Shown: piece after piece, positions 50,621 to 58,064 of the stretch
How positions within the stretch are numbered: the first letter of the stretch is position 1
How the letters are laid out: each line of letters opens with the position of its first letter
NCBI GenBank assembly: GCA_963726255.1
Contig: CAVSBL010000002.1
Span: 1,472,001 to 1,536,000 of the forward strand
From: Candidatus Bathyarchaeota archaeon
GTDB lineage: Archaea > Thermoproteota > Bathyarchaeia > 40CM-2-53-6
Length of the DNA: 64,000 nt
Direction: 5' to 3'
Program-made: the position numbers and the translations under genes
Notes under the pieces: model-generated
Database searches by the model: none
What the model was told of the DNA's origin: nothing
The model's input: the letters and a program-made list of their open reading frames with translations, nothing else

Positions 50621-50863
50621 ATGGCTAGAACGAGTATGCTCACACAGAGGTCGATTGTTGCGGACGATACGCTCGCGTTGCTCACCGGTCAACCAAGAGG
50701 TGCTCTTCTGAGTTACACGGAACTTACCAAGTTGATGCACCAGTACATCAGAACGAAACAGCTTAGGCTGAAGGCATGTCCAAGCTGCAACGCTCCAATT
50801 CCAGGCTACGCGACCTTCTGTGACAAGTGCGGCAAAGACGTAACTCCAATACAAATCAAGTAG
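50621..50863 (+). CDS. Small protein: SWIB/MDM2-like segment fused to a C4 zinc ribbon
   Basis: GGAGGTGA at 50609-50616; LALLTG...LSYTELTKLMHQYIRTKQL followed by CPSC...FCDKCG; T-rich tract downstream. Confidence 0.7.
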   Translation: MARTSMLTQRSIVADDTLALLTGQPRGALLSYTELTKLMHQYIRTKQLRLKACPSCNAPIPGYATFCDKCGKDVTPIQIK

Positions 50864-50890
50864 GTGCTGAAAACTCAGACCACAAACCCA

Positions 50891-50912
50891 TTTTTTCCTT
50901 TTTTTCCTTCTT
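50891..50912 (+). terminator. Oligo-T terminator-like tract
   Basis: TTTTTTCCTTTTTTTCCTTCTT after the stop at 50863. Confidence 0.55.
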
Positions 50913-51029
50913 ACGAATCAAGTTGGCATGGAGCGTGACTACGGTTGATTCGTTTAGTGTGGTGCTTAGTGTGGCGATAAGCCGTAACCTATTTTGTGCA
51001 GGCTGACGACTAGGCGGGGAAGTGTCTCG

Positions 51030-51509
51030 TTACGCGACTGTCCGTGAAAGTTGTTCTAGCGGGGCAGTCATTACCAGGCAGTTTGCAGAGCGAATGACTC
51101 TTTCGCTAACGCTACGATTGAACAAACTCGCCCAACCACCTCGAACCCGGCGCTTCATCAGGAATACGATCATGTAATTGTCGCTTTCTGTTTCGGTAAG
51201 GATGCCCTCCGCAACACTCCTGGCTATTGCGACTTTCGACCTGACGCTCATCCCCTGATTGGTTAGCCATTCCGAGATCTCGTTAAGCCTCTTTTCCGCT
51301 TGTTTGATTTCATTGCCATAAGGCTCCGGGTCTAGTGCAGCGGTTCGGCTAGGGACCTCTATGACGTGAAGCAGGACGATGAGGGGGCTCGCGAAAGCGG
51401 ATAGCAGGTGCAGAGCTCGAGTGATGAGTTCCTTGCTCACGAGGTCGCCTACAGGTATGAGTATCTTAGCCGAACCTGCTGACTTACCTTTTCTACGTTT
51501 CGTGGCTAT
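51030..51509 (-). CDS. Universal stress protein (USP); likely non-canonical start at ATA 51509
   Basis: KILIPV (upstream of the track's GTG), LLHVIEVP and SVSERVIRSANCLV motifs. Confidence 0.8.
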   Translation of the reverse strand: MATKRRKGKSAGSAKILIPVGDLVSKELITRALHLLSAFASPLIVLLHVIEVPSRTAALDPEPYGNEIKQAEKRLNEISEWLTNQGMSVRSKVAIARSVAEGILTETESDNYMIVFLMKRRVRGGWASLFNRSVSERVIRSANCLVMTAPLEQLSRTVA

Positions 51510-51775
51510 TCAGCGACCGATTTTCCATCCTTTCTCAGCGTGTGGATTATGACCATTGAATTTGTACCTCTGATTCCTTCGATTCGTTGAATTTTGTGTG
51601 TGAGCCGCCTGAACTCAGTAATTGAATCGGTCTGAATGAGCGCAACTAAATCGTACTCCCCCGTAACCTCGTAGAGGTCTACTACCTCAGGAATCCTTTC
51701 GAGGGCTGCTGTCACTTTCTCCAATTGCTGCGCTTGAACGACTACGTTGAGGATAACCCAAACACCTCGGGGCAA
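51506..51775 (-). CDS. Stand-alone Lrp/AsnC ligand-binding (RAM) domain protein
   Basis: IPEVVDLYEVTGEYDLVA and IEGIRGTNS; no HTH. Confidence 0.87.
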   Translation of the reverse strand: MPRGVWVILNVVVQAQQLEKVTAALERIPEVVDLYEVTGEYDLVALIQTDSITEFRRLTHKIQRIEGIRGTNSMVIIHTLRKDGKSVAE

Positions 51776-53752
51776 CTACTTTGACCTCCTAGAAATCATA
51801 AGCTTCCCTGGATATTTAGATAGCACAGCCAGAGCAGATTCCTCTCCTTCCTTTTCGATATGGCGTCTTATTGTCTTGCGTTTCAGCAACAGTATCACAT
51901 CATTCTTTTCGGCGCCCGCTTCCTCGTCAAGGATCTTAATGAACGGGCCTATCTCGACCCGTGCGGCAGCCTCGTACCCATCTGATCTGAGTTGCGCTGC
52001 TAATGATTGCAGGTCGTCGAGCGTTTCAGTTTGGTATTCCCTGATTTGTGAATAATCCGATAGCATGTCAGTGCTGAGGCCGAGGTCCACCGGGTCGACG
52101 ATGGTCAGTAGAGTTATGTGGAAACGCTTGTCCAGTGCTTCTTTGATGGAGTCCAGTACTTCGTCCTCTGGACTTCTAACGAGAACGATCGCGTTCATGA
52201 TGTACCCGCCTGGAAGTATCCGCTTCCCAGTCTGGGCTGTCCACACGGGCATGTGTTTTATTCTGCGTAGGGCGACGAATCCGACCAAGCCAATGAGAAT
52301 CCATGCAGTGCCAAGGATTCTGCCACCTTCATGGAAAGTGAGAATGAGCCCCCAAAGCACTCCACATGATATTGCTCCGACCACACTGATGAGGGGAATC
52401 GTGACCTTTCGGTTGCGGAATTTCAGGTTGATTGCTCCGGGGACTTTCCAAGCGCGATATGCGTCTGCCTGTTTGTTTCGAAGAACTATGAGGCAAACAT
52501 TGACGATGATGTATGACAAGAGCGCTCCGAAGTTGTATAGGTCTGCGACGAAAGTGAGTTCCCCGATGAACGCGAGAGCCATCCCGATCGCTCCGAACAC
52601 CAGAATCGTCCTGAAAGGCGTTCTGAATCTGCCGTGGACTTTGTAGAACCACCTTGGGAGAAGGTCAAATCTTCCCATGGAGAAAACTATGCGTGAAACG
52701 CCGATGACGCCTGTGTTTGTGGAAACATAGCAGATGGCGAAACCAGTCAGGGCAACAACCGGGGCAAGGTACGTTCCGATTACCGGTATGTGTCCCGCAA
52801 TTGCACTAATAGGGTCGTTTCGTGCGGCCGCGAGATCCGCCCACCCCATCAAACCCATGCTGACCACGGAGAGTCCTACTGCAAAGACGACGACTGAGAC
52901 AATGGATAGTTTGTTGGCGCGTGGAATCCATTTGTCTGGCCGTCTGGTTTCCTCTGCGGCTTGTGCAATGGATTCGATTCCGATGAAAGATGTCATGGCG
53001 AGAGTTATGCCGTATATGAAATTCTGGTCCTGCACTCCAAGGCTAGGTAGTGAATATGCAATGTTGAGATGCTGTGTGGTAGAGCCGAATGTGGTCACTT
53101 GGCCAAGAAAACGGGCTAGGCTGAATGCCAGCACGAGCCCAGAGACTAGAATTATGGCCTCAACGACCAAATCAAACGAAACTAGGATTTCATTGAAGAG
53201 TGAGGATTCTCTTATTCCTATGATGTTCACTGCTAGGAGGAGAATGACGAGAGTTCCGGCAATGATTCCCAAGTGCGGGATGACCAACTTGAGACCTAGA
53301 AACTCAACTAGAATGTGGCCTCCGATGATTCCTGGGAAGAAAAAGCTAAGATATCCAGCAGATGCCAGCGAGAACAACGCAATGTCCACTGTATAGTCCA
53401 ACATCACCGCCCAACCAGCGATGAACCCGACCAAATCGTTGAAGGCTTTCATCGCGTAAATGTGGGCACCCCCCGCGTAGGGGTAGATCGTGGCGAGTTC
53501 AGAGTAAGCGAGACCTGTCGTGATGTACGTTATTGAAGCGATCAGAAAGGCTAGGGGTGATGCTCCCGCCGCAAAGAGAGCCACGAGGCCTATTGCGACG
53601 TAGATGTCGGCTCCAACATCAGCGTAGCCCATTGCAAATGAGCCGTACCAGCCAACTTCCCGGCGCAAAGTCTGTTCTTCAGGTTTCCTTGACAAAATTC
53701 CATGGCCCCTTGTTATTGCATGGTTTCCGGAACTCTCTTTCGACGTCGCCAC
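51776..53752 (-). CDS. APC-family permease with C-terminal USP-like domain
   Basis: GYADVGADIY, YPYAGG, GIESIAQAAEE and FRTP motifs; soluble C-terminal domain. Confidence 0.88.
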   Translation of the reverse strand: MATSKESSGNHAITRGHGILSRKPEEQTLRREVGWYGSFAMGYADVGADIYVAIGLVALFAAGASPLAFLIASITYITTGLAYSELATIYPYAGGAHIYAMKAFNDLVGFIAGWAVMLDYTVDIALFSLASAGYLSFFFPGIIGGHILVEFLGLKLVIPHLGIIAGTLVILLLAVNIIGIRESSLFNEILVSFDLVVEAIILVSGLVLAFSLARFLGQVTTFGSTTQHLNIAYSLPSLGVQDQNFIYGITLAMTSFIGIESIAQAAEETRRPDKWIPRANKLSIVSVVVFAVGLSVVSMGLMGWADLAAARNDPISAIAGHIPVIGTYLAPVVALTGFAICYVSTNTGVIGVSRIVFSMGRFDLLPRWFYKVHGRFRTPFRTILVFGAIGMALAFIGELTFVADLYNFGALLSYIIVNVCLIVLRNKQADAYRAWKVPGAINLKFRNRKVTIPLISVVGAISCGVLWGLILTFHEGGRILGTAWILIGLVGFVALRRIKHMPVWTAQTGKRILPGGYIMNAIVLVRSPEDEVLDSIKEALDKRFHITLLTIVDPVDLGLSTDMLSDYSQIREYQTETLDDLQSLAAQLRSDGYEAAARVEIGPFIKILDEEAGAEKNDVILLLKRKTIRRHIEKEGEESALAVLSKYPGKLMISRRSK

Positions 53753-53986
53753 CTGTTTTCGATGTATTGTTTAGATTCAGACTAATGCCTTTATTTCCGT
53801 AACCCGCGCAGGTCCTATAATGCTTGTTTTGTCGGCGTCGCGTTCCGCCAGGACTAATGTCTGTCTGGGCTTCACATATTCATAGAAGTTGCACCTTCGC
53901 TTCCTGTTTGAGAGCACACAAAAACCAAAGCCAGAAGAACGAACTGTTTTATTCTACAACCGGTTTCCAAATCCCAGTGAAGTTTC

Positions 53987-55267
53987 TTGAGAAGAGTGGC
54001 TGTAGTTGCAGGTGGGATCTCCAGGTATCAGAAACCTAGGCATGAGACACAGGAGGAGATGGTCGCCCAAGCGATGAAAGAGGCTCTTGAGGATACCCCG
54101 AATCTGTCGATTAGCGACATTGACAACCATGTATGTTCCTACTTCAGCGATCACTTCGAACAGCAACTTGCATTTCAATGGATTCCGAACGACTATCTTG
54201 GGTTGACACCGAAACCCGTTTTCAGGGTTGAAAACGGAGGGGCAGGACCAGGCACGGCAATTAGGGCCGCTTGGGCGCTTGTAGCGTCTGGGCTCTCCGA
54301 AATCTGCCTGGTTAGCGGCTTTGAAAAACAAGGAGAGGTCTCATCGCCGAAGGCGAATGAATTCATAGCGCTAGCTAGCGACACTGACTTTGACTTTCCT
54401 GTTGGCGGCTACTATACTGGATACTACGCGGCAATGGAAGCGCGTCACATGTACCTCTACGGCGAGACGGAGGAGGATCTGGCAATGATAGCCGTGAAGA
54501 ATCGTAACTACAGCCTAGACAACCCCTACGCACAGTGGCCGATCGAGTGTGGAGGAAAGAAGATCATGGTTGATGACGTCCTGTCATCACGTCTGATCGC
54601 TTGGCCTCTGAAGGTGCTTGATTGCTGCCTTCTCAGCGAAGGAGCAAGTGTAATAGTTCTTGCCTCTCAAAAATACGCGAGGAAAATCACCGACACACCA
54701 GTCTGGATAACAGGGCTCGGACTAGGAACTGACATGATGAGGCCTGGAGACCGTCCGGACAACCCCGGTTTTCATGGCATGTTCCCCAGCGAGGCACGAA
54801 CCTACCCGAAACACGCCCTGAAACCAAGAGAACCCTACCCCGAGCTGACCAACTTCGGAGCCTGCAAGTACGCTGCCAGAACCGCGTACAAGATGGCGGG
54901 AATCAAGAAGCCTCTCAAGGAGATTGATGTCGTAGAGATACACGACGCCTACGATTCCAGCGAACTCCAAACCTGCGAGGATCTAGACTTTTGCAAGAGG
55001 GGAGAAGGCAAGACGCTCATCAGAGAAGGAGAGACTTACGTGGACGGTGAAATACCGGTGAACGTAAGCGGCGGCCTGGAAGGGTTCGGACACCCGGTTG
55101 GTTCTACGGCAATCGGCCAAACCGTCGAGCTCTTTTGGCAACTGAGACAGGAGATTGGAAAGAAGCACAAGAGCAATGCCACTCAAGTGAAGGGCGCGAA
55201 GGTTGGGCTTAACCACAGCCATGCGGGCACCGGAACCGCAATCACAGTCATGATCGTGGAGAGGTGA
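53987..55267 (+). CDS. Thiolase-domain protein (SCP2-thiolase-like) lacking the usual nucleophilic Cys
   Basis: AVKNR, DCC..SEGA, EIHDAY and NVSGGL..GHPVG motifs; VENGGAG where active thiolases have a CxS motif. Confidence 0.87.
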   Translation: MRRVAVVAGGISRYQKPRHETQEEMVAQAMKEALEDTPNLSISDIDNHVCSYFSDHFEQQLAFQWIPNDYLGLTPKPVFRVENGGAGPGTAIRAAWALVASGLSEICLVSGFEKQGEVSSPKANEFIALASDTDFDFPVGGYYTGYYAAMEARHMYLYGETEEDLAMIAVKNRNYSLDNPYAQWPIECGGKKIMVDDVLSSRLIAWPLKVLDCCLLSEGASVIVLASQKYARKITDTPVWITGLGLGTDMMRPGDRPDNPGFHGMFPSEARTYPKHALKPREPYPELTNFGACKYAARTAYKMAGIKKPLKEIDVVEIHDAYDSSELQTCEDLDFCKRGEGKTLIREGETYVDGEIPVNVSGGLEGFGHPVGSTAIGQTVELFWQLRQEIGKKHKSNATQVKGAKVGLNHSHAGTGTAITVMIVER

Positions 55268-55959
55268 TGGAAATGCAGCCTGACAAAGTTCTCAAAGAGA
55301 AGAAGCCCGATGAGAAATGGAACGAATGGGGCCGGGTTGGGAAGTGGAACGTAGTCGGCTACAAGATCATCGAAGGGGACAAGGGACCAAGACCTGACAA
55401 GCTCGAAAGAGCAAGATACATGCTCGTCAACCGGCCATGGGACGTGATGTACGAGCACAGTTACGGACTCGTCTCAAAATTCTTTGAGGAACTGCTCGAG
55501 AAGAAGCTGTTCGGAACCAAGTGTCCGAAATGCGGAGACGTATTCTGCCCGCCGAGAGCGCACTGCTGGAGGAACAAGTGCCATCTTGCTGAGACTCAGT
55601 GGGTGGAGATGCCAATGCGCGGCATGCTTCACTGCTTCACAGTCCTTGGTTTCGCAGGCGAAGCATTTCTAGCGGACCTACCCTTCCTATTGGCGTATGT
55701 AAGAGTTGAAGGAGCGAACACTCTGATCGCAGGCCGCCTAGTGGGCATCGAGCCGGAAGACGTAGAATGCGACATGAAGGTAGAGGTCAAGTTCGTCGAC
55801 CACCCCACCGGCAATCCCATGGACATCTACTTCGTCCCGGCAGGACCCCCTCCGGGGAGACGATCAGCGGAACAGAAAGCACGAATGAGGAAACAACTCG
55901 AACCGATACGGGCTTGGGTCAAAGAACGATTTGGACAGAAGAACCCCGCAGAAAACTGA
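55264..55959 (+). CDS. DUF35 Zn-ribbon/OB-fold protein (thiolase partner)
   Basis: GTKCPKCG..FCPPRAHC and an OB-fold C-terminal region; overlaps the thiolase stop. Confidence 0.87.
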   Translation: MMEMQPDKVLKEKKPDEKWNEWGRVGKWNVVGYKIIEGDKGPRPDKLERARYMLVNRPWDVMYEHSYGLVSKFFEELLEKKLFGTKCPKCGDVFCPPRAHCWRNKCHLAETQWVEMPMRGMLHCFTVLGFAGEAFLADLPFLLAYVRVEGANTLIAGRLVGIEPEDVECDMKVEVKFVDHPTGNPMDIYFVPAGPPPGRRSAEQKARMRKQLEPIRAWVKERFGQKNPAEN

Positions 55960-56136
55960 CAGCCCGCTCCCCTAGGCTCACAGTCGAGGACCAAGTATGT
56001 CCGCGACTATTCGTCTGACATCGACTGCTGAAAGCTACGCGTTTCTTGTGTGTTGGTCTAGTGGTGCGCACGCACAAATGGAGAGACGAAGGGTAGTTCA
56101 TAGGTTATTCCGCAAAGGAAGTTGAGGCGCTATCTC

Positions 56137-56379
56137 ATGACAGAAAGAGGTAGGCTTAGCGAAGAACAGGAACGGAGGGCTGCGAAAAAGATGGACAGAT
56201 TCTACGAAAGCGTTGGGGTCAGCCACTTGGAGAGGCCAGATGGTTACTGGTTGAAATGCAGAGAGTGCGGAAAGGAATGGGAACATACTAGTGAGATGAC
56301 TCCGCTCTATCATTGGGTATGCCCAAACAAGTGCAACGTGAAGGAAAGGAAGGAACGAGGGAGAATGTTCAGGGCATAA
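56137..56379 (+). CDS. Small zinc-finger-like protein
   Basis: CRECG...WVCPNKC Cys pairs; flanked by inverted copies of the repeat. Confidence 0.6.
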   Translation: MTERGRLSEEQERRAAKKMDRFYESVGVSHLERPDGYWLKCRECGKEWEHTSEMTPLYHWVCPNKCNVKERKERGRMFRA

Positions 56380-56456
56380 ACAAAAGCGAGCGGTTCGTAA
56401 AGTGATTTCTTGCGTGGGTGCGCGCACCACTATACACAGAAAATTAGATCGATGAC

Positions 56457-56484
56457 GACGGTTCAAATCACGTTGGTCGCACCA
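56457..56484 (+). other. Degenerate tRNA 3'-end-like fragment (possible att-site remnant)
   Basis: GACGG-TTCAAAT-CACGT-TGGTCGC-A-CCA mimics T-arm, acceptor strand and CCA; no matching 5' half. Confidence 0.3.
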
Positions 56485-56815
56485 CCATATCTTTAGCTGC
56501 ACTGAGCATGTTTGCGTTGCACCCGGCCGCTATGCGTTGAAATGTAGCCTATTCACGGGCGAGATGATGCGGTTTCGGCGGTTGAGATAATGCCATCTCG
56601 GCGGTAAGCTGGTCTTTAGCCACCTTTGTAACGGATCGTGTACTGCAAAGTCCCGAGGAGTCTTCTGAGCGCACCACTATATCCACACGCACGAAAAGAT
56701 TAGAGAAACGGCGCACCATCTTGCCGGTCCGGGGTAAGTCAACCGTACGATCAGCGTAGCATGTGTTACGCTCATGATGAAAGAAAGGGGATGTGGGACT
56801 GCGTCCGGAGCGCGC

Positions 56816-57103
56816 TTACTTCTTTTGCAGTCCTTTCTGAAGGTCGCTTAGTTCCATTAGTGGTGTAAGGTCTAGTTTGCAGTTTAAGGTCATCCAGAGT
56901 GGCTCGAAGAATCCTGCTATCATATCGGCGCTTTGTATGTTGACTATCATGTAGATGCCTCTTTCGCCTTCAATTGGCGCAAAGTAGACTGCTTCGGGTT
57001 TGATCTGGTTGAGTAGACCTTCCATTTTCTTTAGAAAGTTAGGATCTTGCAGCAATTTGTTTCCGTGTTCTGTTGGCATATGTAAACGTAATAGGAATTT
57101 CAT
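56816..57103 (-). CDS. Small conserved hypothetical protein (DUF3303/GYD-like)
   Basis: KPEAVYF...GERG...EPLW...PLM pattern; GGAGGTGA at 57110-57117. Confidence 0.75.
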   Translation of the reverse strand: MKFLLRLHMPTEHGNKLLQDPNFLKKMEGLLNQIKPEAVYFAPIEGERGIYMIVNIQSADMIAGFFEPLWMTLNCKLDLTPLMELSDLQKGLQKK

Positions 57104-57486
57104 TCAATTTCACCTCCGTGATCTACGAGACCTCGTTCGTGACGCTCGGAAATGACGGATCTAAGGTTACTCCGCGATTCCGCCCGAAAAAGTCGTTCTT
57201 GTTAGAACAATTTTCCAGTTAAGCGGCTTGAACACGATCTTGAGTGAACGAGAGGCCACATCCCTATTATGTCTTCTGAGTTTTTTCACTGCCGGCCTTT
57301 CCAGCTGGTGGCGGGTCTAGTGGTGTGTGCGCGCACCACTGACCTGTGTGTGGGCTAGCTGGTGCGGACGAATGATTTTGAACTGCAAGGGCGCTTATTC
57401 TAAGATTGGTTTCGAAGCCAAAGCATGATAAAGTCGCAATATGTCGGGAGCGTGAACAAAAGAACCGCAGACAGACGTGAAAAACA

Positions 57487-57963
57487 ATGGGAACAAAGCT
57501 AAGGGCGGGTGACATGGCGCCTGATTTCGGGGGTCAAACATCTAAGGGCACTCGGATTCGTCTCAAAGACCACCTTGGAAAGAAGAACATCGTACTCTAC
57601 TTCTACCCCAAGGATGATACCGAAGATTGCACAATTGAAGCCTGCACTTTCAGAGATAAACTCCAACCCATAGGGGCGCTCTGGACAGAGGTCATAGGCG
57701 TTAGCGTGGATACGGTCGAATCCCACAGGAGATTTGCTGAGAAGAATGGCCTCAATTTCCCATTGGTCAGCGATCATGACAAGCAGATCTCGAAGACCTA
57801 CGGGGTTCTAAGTGAAGATGGTTCGGAAGCAGAAAGAGTCACGTTCATAATTGACAAAGAAGGCAAGATTGCTAAGATCTTTCCGAACGTCGACGTCACA
57901 AGACATGCGAATGACATCATCGATGCACTCAAACAACTTACCTTCCAGAAGACGAAACGCTGA
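57487..57963 (+). CDS. bcp: Peroxiredoxin, BCP/PrxQ type
   Basis: LYFYPKDDTEDCTIEACTFRD, GVSVD and RVTFIID motifs. Confidence 0.92.
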   Translation: MGTKLRAGDMAPDFGGQTSKGTRIRLKDHLGKKNIVLYFYPKDDTEDCTIEACTFRDKLQPIGALWTEVIGVSVDTVESHRRFAEKNGLNFPLVSDHDKQISKTYGVLSEDGSEAERVTFIIDKEGKIAKIFPNVDVTRHANDIIDALKQLTFQKTKR

Positions 57964-58064
57964 AAGCACTTGGTTAATACGTAATCATAGAAGGTATGCT
58001 GAATAGAGGATTAAGTTTCAGGGTTCCCTTTTCGAATAGTCGCTGAATGGAAGGGACTGCGGCT

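Larger units (their letters stand above)
56055..57344. repeat. Local dispersed repeat family with core GCGCACCACTA/TAGTGGTGCGC
   Basis: Copies at 56059-56069 (reverse), 56422-56432 and 56669-56679; degenerate copies near 56478 and 56711; self-complementary version at 57314-57344. Confidence 0.7.

Noticed and set aside
52065-53396. Long plus-strand ORFs (193 and 220 aa)
   Set aside because: Antisense shadows of the hydrophobic APC permease.
56098-56502. 134-aa minus-strand ORF
   Set aside because: No protein-like features; overlaps the Zn-finger ORF, and its WW..RDLN segment is what an antisense tRNA-like sequence produces.
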